Source: Lytechinus pictus (Eukaryota). From it: 64,000 bases of DNA. How positions within the stretch are numbered: the stretch's first letter is position 1; every line of letters begins with the position of its first letter. The translations under genes were made by a program, and so were the position numbers. Under the pieces are notes generated by a model. It saw only the letters and a list, made by a program, of their open reading frames with translations, did not search any database and was not told where the DNA came from. Where the stretch lies: contig NC_087252.1 of assembly GCF_037042905.1 (NCBI RefSeq), positions 8,620,001-8,684,000 of the forward strand. Direction: 5' to 3'. Below are positions 24,961-39,267 of the stretch, one piece after another.

Positions 24961-27900
24961 CCACTTCCTACATTGTACAGTATGTAGATAGAAGGATTCT
25001 TCACTATCAGTGGAAATTTGGGCACCTATTCCTTACTTTCGTGCGCATGATGGGAAAAGCGCTGTAAAGAATATACAGAAACCATTGAGTACATGTACAT
25101 GTAGGCCTACAATTTGCAAGTAGGCCTGATCTACTGGTGTGACATGATAAACTAGTGCAAATGCTGCAGGTTACATCTACATGTAGGTAACCATGGAAAC
25201 ATGAAGCTACTTGTTCCCTCGTGGCACAATTATTTATTTTGATAAATTCCCAATCCATTCATCGCATACCAAGTCTCCATTCACCATTACTGATGATAAT
25301 CGTGTAATGATTTCTTGTCTGACGCCTCGATGAACATGATTGACTGATATTATAATTCTTCCTCATTGATGTGAAGTCATATCGAAATAAAAATCATTGA
25401 CCCCTTGCTTTGTATTGCTTTCAATTCAAATGGTGCATGCCTCCCTGCTGTGTTGATAATTGTTTCCAATGCAATGTGTTTCTCATGATCGGTAGTTGAT
25501 AAAAGGGAGCAGCCGTCAGGGAGGCGGCGTAGAATTGGGGGAGCATCCCCCTGCTGAGTTCAACAACAAGAAAAAGCTTGTAGCTCTGTTTTTTAATTAT
25601 TGCAGTCAAGTACAGGTATTTCTATCTACAGTCTGAAAAATTGATATTTTATATAAAAGCTCTACATTTATGTTTATAGTACAGTTCTGCCACTCAGTAA
25701 ACCTTTGGAGTTCGAAGCAGCAGTAGCCCAAGATTTCATCTGATTTTGGTGCCTCTTCAAAAATCGATATCAAATTGAAAAGATAAAAGCTATTAATATG
25801 GCGACTTTGTTTATTCACCATTGTACTGTTATACTGTATTAAATAATTTAGGCCTACTGTAATAATGGTAGCCACGATAAGGTGTGAGTTACATGTAGCT
25901 GATAGCAGGAGCTTCATGTTTACATTTGGAATATGCGTATTGACAATGAATGTGCTTGAAAGCAGGGTATGTATTGATTATACCCCTGCTGTTTGTAGCT
26001 TTGGCATTCAGAGGCAACATGAGGTAGGCCTACATGTACATGTCCATGTGGTTGACATGGTGAGTTTCCTCTTTGTGTTTGATGCATGAACTGAAGCATT
26101 AAACTCTGTGATCAAGGTATGTGTGTTTCCAATATGTCGGCATCTACAGTAGATGGATCCTCAGAGACATTGTGAAAATTGTGAATTTGTGGAATGTTTG
26201 TGGTATCAGAATCATGTTTCAATTAGAGGATTGATTTGTCTTCTTGTGGAAGAGTTTCTTAAACTTTTATTTTTAAACCAGCAAATAGGAGGAACTGCTC
26301 ATCCAACTGCAACTGATTTGGGTATATAACACCTTGATGATCCCACGTTCATTGTCATTCTAAAGCAGTACACGATCTGACTTGAGGAAGAGTTTCTTAA
26401 ACTCTTTTTAACCCCCAAATGGAATATGAAGGGCTTTCCATAATGAACAACAAAGCTTATATTGCTTTGTGAGCTGAATTTGACATTCCCTGATGATGCC
26501 ACTGAACATTCATTTACAGTCGTTAGCAGGTGATCGGTAGGTGGGATGGTTGAAACGCGAGTCAAGGTCCATTAACCCTCCAAAGCCCACAAGTGAAATG
26601 TCATTTCAATCACACCAAGAATCTTCTGGGACCTTTCTATGACACCAATGCTATGTCAGGTAGTCTGTGGTGAAGGTAATCAGATCGCATGCCAAGGACC
26701 AATCAAAATAGGAACCATCTGCCGAATGTAGCGCCAACAATAATAAAGAGGGATGGAATGGTTGTACGTGTGTAGGATACTACCGGAAGCTGCAAGGCTG
26801 TGAGAACTCCACTTGAGCTTCTTGAATGAACTCGGAGCTTGAAACAATCATCACCAGCCTTATTCTTGAAGCTGTAGAAATACATGTATTTTGTCTTCCA
26901 GCCTTGAATGAGGTGTTGGATTTGTTTGTCAGTGGGAGAACTTCTCACAGAGAGGAACATTTGCCTGGATTTGTACCCACTGGAGGAGCTTTTTAATTTG
27001 AGCAGACTGTGCTTCTGCTGGGGTGTTCATCAGCTTTTCCAGTTGTTTGTTTTTTCGCCATTGACCTTTCTAAACACAGGGGTCAACTTTTGTGTACGTG
27101 CCTCTATGGAAACGGATAGTCTGCCAGTGCTAATGTTTTCCGATATTTCTTCCCATGTGTGTTGTATGATGGAACAATAGGAAATAAAATATCACACTAT
27201 TGGGAAGTTGTTTATAATTGTCTGGAGTGGATCTAAAGCATTGGGATATATTTTCATTAGATTAGAATTTGATTTTTGTACAGGGAAGGAGAGCATTTGC
27301 GATGGTGTTTCTGAGCATTTGGAGGAGTTTCAAACTACATCATTTAGTCAGTGGTTGCATGAGTTACTTCTCTCTATGATTTACCTCTCTCTATTGCTGG
27401 AAATAATAGTACAACTTCTAGGAATTTCACATCAATTAAATAAGATTGGCATGATATTCAACTCTCTGCTGGCACTAGTCTCATTTTAACTGAGCATTTG
27501 TGAGTGCTGGTCCAATATGCTAGCTTTCTACCAACTAATTTGATTGCCCTTTTGCGGTTGCAATACATTTCAGCAATCATGTTCTTTATCTTGAAAAGCA
27601 AACAGCAAATTGTATTTACACCACCTTGAATAGAACAATCACTATGCACATTGCGGAATACAATAATGATACCACTGATTCCGTTTTTTGTGACATGCAT
27701 CTTCTAAACACTGATCTCCAAAAGTTAGAGGGAACTCAGAATTCCAGTAGGTTTCCCACAAATATTGACCAGATACTCCTGAAGGTGTGTTGATACTGTT
27801 GGCTGGAGAGCAATAAAAGTTTGATGGTGAAGTGTTTGCCTTGAGAGCCTAGATCTTCTTGACTTTGAAGGTTTGGAATGTTTCTATGACTGTCCTGATG

Positions 27901-28465
27901 GCTCAGCACATCAGAGGCAAGAGCAGGCAACAGAAGTATAGACCCTCTAAATATCTTGAAATGGATTAGAGATGTTTGAGGGGGTGGAGTTAGAAAAGAA
28001 CTATTACATGTAAAAGTTACACCAAACATTGGACATTTTTCTGGAAATCTATGAGATGTTCTGCTTGTTTTTGGAGGATCGTTGAGCAGCTAAAATCTTC
28101 AAGTTGAGAAATGAGAACGCTACCCTGAATGCATTAGATATTAGGTCATTCTCTCCAGATCAGCACATCTACTGAGTACTGTACTGTATACATATGCACG
28201 AGCATTAAACTACTGTAAAGAGAATATGCCCAATTTTAAGTCGACAATATTGAGACCTACATGTATATGAAGCATCTGATCTCACGTCACAAATTTACAG
28301 AGAAAGCATACCGAACTGTCATGCCCATGGAAACTTTAAAACACAGAAGCAATCATTTCCGCACACTCTAGCCCTCTGACTCTGTTCCAATGACTGAGAA
28401 AATGACTCCCAGTGGTAAAGAAGTTTGAGTATCTTGACTGAGTAGACCAATACAGGTGGTGAGAG

Positions 28466-28513
28466 ATGTCGTTGGGAACGAGAGGTGATGTTCGTCCCGT
28501 CTACTTTGCCGAG
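28466..28513 (+). CDS. DIXDC1: Candidate alternative first coding exon (MSLGTRGDVRPVYFAE)
   Basis: gagATG, 16 codons, GAG|GTAAGA donor at 28514, phase 0, in frame with the CH exon. Confidence 0.5.
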
Positions 28514-29022
28514 GTAAGAAATTTTACATCATACTTTTCATTATCTTTCATGGAATTGGCGTACTGGTGCGATTGCTAGCTCCTCTGCAATTACTTTCGT
28601 GATTTAATTCTGGGGCCTATCATATCAGGTCTTAATACCAGTATCATGCTAACTTTACGTTCCAGTAGTAACTTCCTGGGAAATCCTTGATTCTGATGGG
28701 CTATTTAGCATTGCAGCCATGGATACATTGGATGGCAACGTTACTATTATGTTTTTAATTGCAACAGGTCCCGGGTGAAGAAGATATGTCATTTTGCAGT
28801 CTAGAAGATGAATCCAGAGGAGCTTAATTACAAGACTCAAGCAAAATTAATTAAAATGGAAAAAAAAGAGAGAACTATGCATGTACTGTATCTCATGGGG
28901 ATAAAGAAGACAAGGAAAGAACCTGTCCTTGGCCACTCGAAGTTGAAGGTTCAGCAACAACAACAGTAATTTTTTTTATAGACTTTACCTCCAGCAACAT
29001 GTACATTGAAATTACTTTCAAG

Positions 29023-29498
29023 AGGTGGTTTCAGACCGCCTCGAAGTTCGTCAGTTCCAGGTATTCTCTGATCGGGAAAGTTACCCCGATCAGAAAATAC
29101 CAGGTATTTTGGTAATGTGAAAGCAAACTACGCGTAATTTCCCCGAAAGAAAATACCCGCTAAATAGTAGGTACTTGGCGAAATTACGAGAACTTTTGCG
29201 GGGATTTTTCCAAGGTCGCAGGTATTTTGGCAATGTGAAAGCAATTTACGGGAACTCTTAGCCCAGCGTGTCGTTGGGCGCGGGCGCCGTGGGTGGCTGC
29301 TGGGCTAGTGGTTTTGAATCTCGCGCCTTGCCTGCTTATTGGACCATACTGCGCATGCTCCTAACTTCAGGAATTTATCCCGAAGGGTATGTCTCGGGGT
29401 GGTGTGAATGCAGGAATAATTAATGGGTATTTTTTAGCCTAAAAATGTTCTCGTAATTTAACGGGGATTCTTGTGATCGAGGCGGTTTGAAACCGCCT
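29023..29498. mobile_element. Harbinger-like MITE
   Basis: Inverted ends AGGTGGTTTCAGACCGCCTCG / CGAGGCGGTTTGAAACCGCCT; CpG-rich interior; TSD ambiguous (aag/agg). Confidence 0.75.
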
Positions 29499-32400
29499 AG
29501 GTTGAATAACAGCATTCATCCATGTACAGTATGTATGTAGAGTTAAAAAAAACACCCCCCCAAAAAAAATACCACAATAGTCCAATAGAAGTAATGTCGC
29601 ATGAAGTATCAGCTTCTCTTCTCCAGGACATTCACATGAAAACATTTTTTCCAGGTTTATGGTGATGAGAGAAGCGATGTGGGAGCCCAGACTAATTGAG
29701 TGATATGCTGGGTATACATTAGGTTCTTCTGTTTGGTGATAGGATATGGTTTGTTTGTAAACAAGTAGAGGGGGTTGGAAGGGGGATAAGTCTACATGAT
29801 TTTGAAAAAATGAAATATAAAAATATGGAAAACTGAAAGGAACAAGAGAGAAAGAGAGACAGGGAAGGGGGGGGGGGGTACGTCTATGGTGTACTTTGGA
29901 ATATAGACCTACAGGTATTGAAAAGATGAAAGGATGACATGAGTGAAATAGAAGAGAGAGGGAGAGAGAGCGAGAGAGAGAAAGGGGGGGGGGGTAGAAT
30001 TTCCTGAGATGACATTTATATAAAAAAAAAAATAAATGAATAATGTGAGTGCGAAGAACGAAGGAAGATAGAGAGATAGCAAATTAAAAAAAGAGAAATA
30101 CATGTATTCAGGATAAACGCAGCATTGACAGATCATAGTAAATGTCTTTCTCTAATAGAAAGGTGAATGGCATATTCAAGAAAAAGAAAATATGACAGCT
30201 TACATAATTGAGATAAATCACCCTACCACAACTTGGGGATCAGGGTTTCAACTATTGCTGATGCTAAAAGAAACTCTTGAATGTTATCTTGCCATAGATC
30301 TCGATCCTCTTTCAGGTTTCTTGGTCTGTTAAATGACCCATATCATCGGTGGTAAAGACAGCAATGCAAGGTTTGAACTTGTATCAACCTACCATTTGTA
30401 GGTGTATTTACATGGCTGACATATATCTGAGCTCCTCTGTTATTGAGTGATAATTTATGGACGAAAATGGCTTTGATTTTGATTTGATTATCATTTTCTG
30501 ATATATATTCTCAGGAAACATATCAGTAGGCCTCAGGGAAACAATTACATCGTGGGGGCTCAGGCAATTCTGCCCCCGAATGCTACGAAGAGCCTTTGAA
30601 GTCCAAAAAGAGCCCTAGAAAATCGCGATGCCATTCACTGCAAATAAACTTGTCCAATGTGGCAGATTTTATAGCTAGTACATGTAGCTTGTGAAAAGGA
30701 GCTCCTGAAGGGGAAAAGAAATTGTTTGGGGGGCCTGTACAATGTACAGTACTTGAAGATGCAAGTAAGCCTGTTTATTACTGTGATGAATAGGGGAACA
30801 CCATCGTAAAAAGGAATAAGATGTGCATGCAACTTCCTTTCAAAGTTTTGTGATTACAGTTTTCAACTGTATTCATACTTAAAGAGGGGCTATTGTATTG
30901 CAAGAAAATATTTGCAATCAATTGCAAATTTCAGTTGTTAACTTTATAAGTGAGCGATCAATTTCAACTACAGCCAATTGATTTATACTTGATGGTACAA
31001 GAAGCAGACCATTGATTAATTGCACAGTTGTAAATAATTGCAAGACTTATGATTGATTGGGTATCCAAAAATTCTCTTGCAATTGATTGCCATTGGCTTT
31101 CAATTGATTACAATTTTTTACTCCATTAGTCAGTCAAGTTCAGGGTCCCTTTTCATAAAGACTTGTTATGATAAAAAAATTCCCAATTTCTATAACAAGT
31201 TTACTATCAGCCAATCAATTCGAAAGATTTCTGTATCTTTAAACTGTTATTGCAAATTTGTTACTATGACAAGTTTTATGAAATAGGCCCCAGATGTATT
31301 TTAGAGCAGATACATTGTAATTTAGCATTCAGCTTTTAGGCCTTCTTTATCTCCATGCCTTCACAATGTCTAGAAATTTAGTCAGGTCTGTATAGCTCAA
31401 GATGGTAAAAGAAATGTTCACACTTTGCATTCATGCTCTCAGTCTGGCAAGGAATGTGCCCTGTAACATCAAGCCCTGCTATTCTATTTTCCAATTTTCC
31501 AATCAGTGATGTCATGGACCATCAACTTTGTGACACTGTGTGTGATGGGTTACTTGGATACTGAAAGCTGACGGTCCGTTTACATACAAGGTTTAAATCG
31601 TTTCAGTTTCAGGAATAGCTATTTTGAACTTGAATCCCATAAACTAGAGTATGCTTCATTTTATAAAATTATTTTTGTCTGAAAGATGTGTCCACACACA
31701 CCAAAAGAAAAAAAATCACTGTCTTTTAATTCCCCGTTATACAAAGATTGGTATTCTGAAAGCGGTGCTCTACCAGCCCGAGTTTGCTGAATCTCGAGAT
31801 TTTAGCCTGATCAGCCCTCTTCGTGATTTAATGTTGAGATTCAAGACACCCCATCTCCACCAGGGCAAGAAGAGCAATTTGTGCTCGAGCGAGACATCGA
31901 TGCATTATGGTCTGACGCCGTGAATGAATAATCCAGAGTTGAATCTTGAGTGAGTCTACACCTGTGAATTAGCGGGATAATTCGACTTAAGATTGCAGTC
32001 TTGAGATGAATCCAGCGAACTATCGCGATGATTGCGTCTCTATTTCAAATAATCTTGAGATTGTTCAGATTGGGATAATTAGTCAGATCAGAAAAGCGTG
32101 ATTATTTGAAAACTAGGGCTGTTGCAGACAGCCCTTGAGATTAATTTTGCTCCCTCCCCTCACCCCCCCCCCCCGCACTGATATTCAGGTTATAAAAGTT
32201 TAGAAAAGTTGCACTCCATACATATTTGGACCATATATAAGTAGGTGTGACTTCTCCCACATTGATGCTTACACACACATTTTGAATCACATACATAAAA
32301 AAATGGGTTGAGCAATTTTCTCAAAAGAAATTTGAGGATACCATTTTCTTGTTAGAATGGGGACCATCCAGGCATCGCTCATACATGTGTCATGCTGTGA

Positions 32401-33823
32401 TTTCCTACTCGCATGTACTTGCTGTGCACAGCTTGTTAAAGGTGTTGTTCTTCGCTCACAATATGTGAACGATGAATACAAGTATTACGAAAACAATCTC
32501 TAATTTTAGAATAGTTGCTTGCTGTTAACAAGCTATTATATGCTTGATGTTTTCACAAGAAAGGAGAATATTCTAAAGAGTGCTTTCTTTTCAAAGTGCA
32601 AGTAATGGAGTGCATGTTTGCCGATCTGCTAGTCTGCGGTTCAAGAAAAGAAAATCATTGTTTTTAAAGGTGTTTGAAAACAGTATGGGTATCCCTAGGA
32701 GGTTGTTAAGATTTGATAAATTGAATCATGTTTATGTGGTTTCATGTTTAGGGGTAGCTCAGCGGGATATCGCACAATGAGGTAGAGGTATGGAGCCTTC
32801 GGGCGTGTGACATTCAGACAGGTTTCACACCAATGAATGTTATGTCATTGGTACAAGTTTGCCAGCAGTTTTGGCCTCTTGTGAGAGGAAGCTTCTGGTT
32901 GCTACTGAAGTGGACTTGTTGAAGGGAGGGGGGGGGGGATAGTGGACTTTTGTGAGTCTTCCTCTATGTTGGGCCTTGAGGAAGTTGATTCCCTCTCACA
33001 AGTGACCAAATTAGAGTTGTATGTGAGCCCACATCTATTAGGTCCTAAGGTTTTTTTTCTAAGATAGGGGATGCCTCTTGTCCTCTGTCCATGCAGTGTT
33101 CCGCAGGCTCTGCCTCTGGGATTTAAAGTTTTGAACAGAATTTCTTTGGGTATGCTGCAAGGATGTGAAGAAGATTGCAAGTAGAGAGTCACCTTGACAG
33201 TGACACAGTTGGCAATTCTTTTATGAAATAGATTGCAACCTTGCCTATTGATCACTGATGTCTGTGGAATGTTTAACATTAATCTGGACACCTGGACACA
33301 AAGTTTAGCAAATGACGTGGAAATGGTTTTCCAACTGCTCGTCAATAATCATTGCAATCAATCATAGAAATTAGCACCATAATTATTCATTATTAACCCT
33401 AAAAGCCTTTTACATGTAAGTGGTAGGCTTGGTGTAAAACAAATGAGCTGTAATGTAATAGTATTAATTACTGGCAGCACAACATGTCTCTGATAAAAAA
33501 CAAAAGAGGTGACAGTGCCTTGCCTTGAGAACGATCAAACATTGTGCTCTGATATTTCCATTATCATTTTTTTTAACATTGGTGTCTTCATCACACCTTT
33601 TTTTATTATTTGCATTGATTGCTGTCATTATTATCAATGTCAGCTTTTATCACAGTCAGTACCTTCTCTTATACTCATCAACATCATATACACTATATGC
33701 TCTCTTTCTTCCCCTTTCTTTTACTTCATTGACATTTTTCTTGTAATGAAATAGTCTTTAGTTTATACTATTTCAGAAATATTTTTGCATTACGATGATT
33801 ATCTTGAAGTGATATCTTATCGT

Positions 33824-34103
33824 GGATGCGTCGTGGTCTGATGGTTCTGACTCTCGCCTTTCAAGCAGGGTCGTTGGTTCAAATCCTAGTCACAGGCGTG
33901 TTTTCCTTCAGCAAGAAATTTATCCACACTGCTGCACTCAACCTAGGTGAGGTAAATGGGTACCAGCAGGAAGTAATTCCTCAAAAAGCTATGCGCACCA
34001 GAATTGGTAGACTAGCTTAGCCGGGGAAATATAGGAGTGCCTTGAGCACCTAGCAAGGTGGATACGTGCTGCGCTGATTAGCGCTATACAAACCTATATT
34101 ATT
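33824..34103 (+). mobile_element. tRNA-derived SINE family 2 (Deu/Nin-domain-like core)
   Basis: A-box-like gtggtctgatgg, B box GGTTCAAATCC, core caacctaggtgaggtaaatgggtacc, tail gcgctatacaaacctatattatt. Confidence 0.75.
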
Positions 34104-37100
34104 TACAAACAACATGCACTCGGTTTACTGGTGTGAAATCTCCAAGTTAACTTGATCTGTTAAATAGCCTGAAGGCAAAGATGGAATCTAGTTTCTTTCA
34201 GGTTTCTGTCTTGTAATGTTCTGTTTTCACAACAAGGAAGTTACACTTTTGTCAACCAAACCTTACAAATTATTTCAATTGAATAGTAATATGTAACTGT
34301 TACACTTTTATGTGTAAAGAAGGAATAGAAGAATAAATGGAGCAACTTCTTAAAATAACGCCCGCTCGTCGTGGAGTGTAATTTTCATTCCTTCTGTATT
34401 TTCAATCTACATTCTTTTACTTTTTTATTTGTGAGCCTCATTCACAATTGCAGAAAAAGTGAGACATAAATTGATAGAGATTTGCTTTCAAACTATGCTG
34501 ACAAAAAAGGATGAAACAAAGCTAAAAGGGATTTGAAATGACAGACAACAAAAAATTTTACAGAGAAAAATGTTCAACTTTGATTCTATTTTTCCTACAA
34601 TTGCAGGTCAACATTCCATTCATGAGAGCAAAAGTAAAAAGAGAATTCATGAGACAAAAACCTAAAATGAAATCCCAATGAAGGAGAATTTCTTCAAAAG
34701 AAACATTTTCAACTCCAATAGTATCATTTAAAAAACAATTGCAGGTTAACAACCAGTGTAACAGCATGATTTACATTGTCGCCAAGGAGAGGGGAAGTCA
34801 GAATCTATAAAGGTTCTTGACAAAAAGTACTTTCGAACCAGAAGTTCTGAGCATTTAATCGGTCATAATTTCAGACGTTGATGGTAAGTGGCTCTCATCG
34901 AGAGATAACACCTAACTATAAATCATAAAGGTTGGAGCATCAATGTCAGCATCCCAACCACACACCAACTGAAATACGTGCCAGACAGCATGCAATGAAA
35001 CGGTTACCATGGTTACAGATAAATGATGTGCCTATGCCCATCCCCCACGATGATCCATATAGATACAGGTATCTTTTGAAGTCACTTGGTGACATGATGC
35101 ACTGTCATAATTGATTTGTGTTTGGAAAGTAATTAGAAGGAGGTATTGATTAACAATATCCTGTTCTCAGTACAGGCAGTTTTTTTTTTGCTGGGGCCTA
35201 CTGTATCTGCAACATTGGATGAACTTTAACATTGCAGCGAATGGGGATTTTCCGGGGCTGTTTTTTTTTCCAGGGCTCATTTCAGCAGGGGGGGGGGGGG
35301 TGGAAATTGCTCTGAGCCCCTGTGTATTTTTTCCCTGTCTCAGTACAATCTTTTTTCAAACATGTTGTTGATGATTGGAGTTTATTCAGAAACTTCTTGC
35401 AGGTTGCATTCAAACATCGTGGTATGAAGCACATGTACATACATGTACTTTAATAGTATCCCTCTCTATCTCTTTCTTTCTTAATCAATAGAAGTGCCAT
35501 CTCAATTGACGTTGGTGATCCTTATACTTCTCTATTTCATTTGTTACCCTTTCCATATATGACCTACATGTACCTTTGTGAGAAAAGTGAAAATATTCCC
35601 GGAGGGTGGATGTGAATCTGATATTTTTGGAATTTCATTTTTGGTAATGATTCAATCAATTGAAAGATAGTATCCAATACACCTTCATAGGATTCAAATA
35701 CTAAAATCCATATTTTATATACTTATACCAAGCTTTCACATCAGTCTACTTTAAAAAGCCCGTCAGGAAATTGATGTTTCCAGCTTCAACTAAAGGGTTT
35801 TTCCAGATATGATCTTGTATTGTGTCAAAGTTGGAAAGGATCATAGTCTACTTGTACACAAGAAATGCATTCAAATATTTTCACAGTTTTGGAGGTGATA
35901 TTTATGAAAATATATATCGTCACAGCTTTCCAAATGTATCACATTGCGCCCATATCCATCTCAGTACCATGCCACACAGTGCCTCAAAGGATTCGTTTTG
36001 GATTATCCCCAGAATGTGAGAAAACCAATCAAATGGGATTATCCTAGATTTAGCTCATCCTCAGAGGAAAGTGTAAGCTTGATCCTTGATCCCTGTGTGT
36101 TAGCGTCTCACCCCCTACGTGGAGAGCTCGAGTGAAAATGAAGGAGGTCGGCACGAATGTTTCATTATGAGTCCAATATTTCATCTGACAAAAGCTATTT
36201 ACAGCATTCCACTCAACGTCTTGAGAGTTATCCAGGGTATTTTTCCTGTTCACACTGGAGTTATAAGAATGCTGAAATTATGAATTGCTTGATGATATTT
36301 AGTCATTCAAGTTATTTGATCTCATACAAGCACTGAAACTTTAGCTATATAAACGGGCACCTACTGTAATGGATAGTTCCCCTTTTGTTTCACACAGAGT
36401 GCACACCTACATTGTCCATTACTAAAAGAGCCACTAATTATTTTATCAATTTTCACAAGACCTTCATATAATTTTGAAGGAAAAAAACCTTGGCAATGGG
36501 CTATTGGGCATCATCATCGTGTACTCTGATGCTTTTTGTGCACTTTTTTCTCCATTTGCTGAATCGGAGCCCTGCTTCTTTGGACAGGAACGCACTTTTT
36601 TTTTCTTTAGAATTTTCAGAATTCAGTTGAATCCGACTTGCTCTGACGGCATTCCCTAGGTCACTACAGCAATGCAAGGCTATATGCAGTAAGTCTCCTG
36701 TACCTTTTTTTTTTTTACATAGGGTGCGCTGCAATGCACTTAAATCAAGCACTGAAACTTCAGCTAGATAGAAACAGGTATAATAGACCCTTTAGAACTT
36801 CTTAATGTGAACAGGGTAAAGCAAAATGGATATCTCATTGACTGAGATTGGCGTAAGAGATCTGGGGAGAAAGGCTGCCACTTTGGTTTCAAAGCAGAAG
36901 TTCATGCCAGAATCGCTAGAGTTGGTAGATCACGTAGCAGAGTGCATCTATCCAGAACATCAAACCCATCTGTCTCCATCGCCAGAAAGATGTATTCTTT
37001 CTCCCTCTGCATTGGATTACTAAGGATAGTTTCAATGTTCACAATCACAGATTTGTGAATGGACACTTTTCAAGTTATTCACCTTTCAGGCTGGGAATTT

Positions 37101-38499
37101 ACCTCATCGGTTTGGGTTGAACATTTTCACATCTTGCATTCACGAGATAAACTGCTGTTAGGAAGGCTGTGTTAATGCATACTTGTGCTGTCAAAATTCT
37201 GTTGTGAAGAAATAACTTTAAAAAAAATTATTTTTAGTGAATTTCACTGCATTTCCTAGGGCTAGGAAGTATCAAAAAGATTTTCAACAAGGGTATCTGG
37301 CAGGTGTAGGTCTACATAATTCAGGTGTGTGTTCATCAAATATATTATATTACCTCTGCTGTACAACTCAGCTTCAATATCCACAGATCTGCTGTTCAAG
37401 CTCTTGCAAGATCCGCTGCTCAGGATCACCATGAATAGCTAGCACTGGTGGTATTAATTTTATTTTTCGTAGCTCAGCTGAATAAACAGACAAAAGAGAC
37501 GCAGTCAGTGAATAATTGATTCTTGAGGATGGCATGACAGCCTTGTTCGATGGACTTCTGGAATGCTGGCAAACAATGGCCATGAATAAATTAATTATTA
37601 GGGATATCTTCATTAGTACCTGCCAAGCCACCATCTATTGCCATCCTTGTGGTCCATTGAGAATTGATCGTTAGCGTGATGACAAGCTGATGAAAGGATT
37701 GCAACTCATGAATCATTATCACAATAGGTTTCAAGGAGAATATATGCCAACCAATCAATGGCATTTCTTCTCATATCATTTCATTCATGAAAGAACATAT
37801 CGCACCTCTGACTAATTGGTATTGATGGCTCGATGTGCTGTTGAGAAGCAACAGAGTTAATAGCGAACAGCAACACAGAGACACTGAGCTGTGTGAGTAC
37901 TCAGTACACCTTTCCTCCAGGCACAGGATACTGTTCTCCGGCGAGCTGGCATATGACTTTTGATTCTCAAGTTTGACTCACTTAGATTTTTTTTTTATGG
38001 AATAGTTTTGATCACAATTATATTTATGGAGGAAAATAATTATATACCAACGATATAATGGGATCATTTTATATTGTGGAATGTCTGTGACATGGACTCA
38101 GTACAATGCACATGTAGGCCTACATTTGTATTGTAAGTATTGGACCTGCTTAAGCTATTGAAGGTAAAGGGCTTCCATTTCTGGAATCAATCATTGGATT
38201 TTTATTGTACCTGATTATGACATCCTATAGCTGGTCATTACTTTGACTCATGTGAGATCTCTTCTCGTCTGAAGATTTCAGCACTTGTGGAAGAACAGGA
38301 TCGTTGCAGAATGCAGAGGTGATAGATGAATTGCGCTGTACTAAAGTGCTTTGCGATTGGAAACGGTACACACCAATGGAATAATCTGGATTATACCATT
38401 ATACTTTCTGAAATATTAGGAATACATTTTACATTTAGGCAATGGATTTGAATTGTCTCCATTAGTTTCAAAGTGTTACATGAGGTTTTAAACACCCCC

Positions 38500-38592
38500 A
38501 TGGAGTTACGCTGTGAAAGGGTCCAGTTTGTGAAGCAATTCAACATGAATTCCAGAACAAGATGGACCCATTACATGGATCCATATCACCAG
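38500..38592 (+). CDS. DIXDC1: Candidate alternative first coding exon (MELRCERVQFVKQFNMNSRTRWTHYMDPYHQ)
   Basis: 31 codons then CAG|GTTAGA at 38593, phase 0; followed by AT-rich intron-like sequence; donor weaker than the others. Confidence 0.35.
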
Positions 38593-39267
38593 GTTAGAGA
38601 CATAGTTGTGATAAATTTTCTTTTCCAATTTTACTTCTAGAACTTTCTCCTTTGTTAGAGTTCACATTTCAACTTGAAAAGGGGAAATAATGCTAAATGT
38701 AATCATAAATATATAGCCTATTAAACTCTCAAGCAGATTCTCTATTAAAATTAATAAATAAGAAATGAAATTATTTAATAAAAACAATTTGAAAATGAAA
38801 CCGAACACAAACTGGTAAAAATGAATAAATGAATAAGTTATTAAAAGAAAAACCAATAACTAAAAAGAAACAGAAGTGGAAAATAAAACAGGAGTTATTA
38901 TTGCGTAGACCTAGTGTACATGTAGATACAGGCCCCTAGATTCATACACATCTTACCTATAATGATTACTTTTACAACAATACGTGTTGAGACTTTCACT
39001 ATTAAAGGAATATGTCCTCACTATTGAAAATCCAAGTCGACTTGCAAAAGGGGAAGATAAACTATGAAAGCTGGGATGGTATCTGTACTGATTTTTTATG
39101 CAATTATGCATTAAAATGAAGAGGGAAGCAGAGCATATTTTTATTTTAGAAAATAGAGTAATATCTGGAAAGCAGCTAAAACGATGTGTACATGAATTGG
39201 CCCATTACAGAACACTTGAAAGATTTGAGAAAAATAAAATCAGAAGAAAGTATGGAATTTATGCTCA

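Noticed and set aside
25865..26059. Further phase-0 donors (GAG|GTAGGC 26024, ATG|GTGAGT 26060) on a 74-aa ORF
   Set aside because: They flank the ubiquitous gtaggcctacatgtacatgt motif and several donors compete; cannot separate from chance, though worth checking in RNA-seq.
31774..32121. Possible TIR element CAGCCCGAGTTTGC / GAAAACTAGGGCTG
   Set aside because: Imperfect short TIR with no TSD; not enough to call.
34881..34889. ATG|GTAAGT as a Met-only first exon
   Set aside because: Strong donor and phase 0, but weak start context and no other support.
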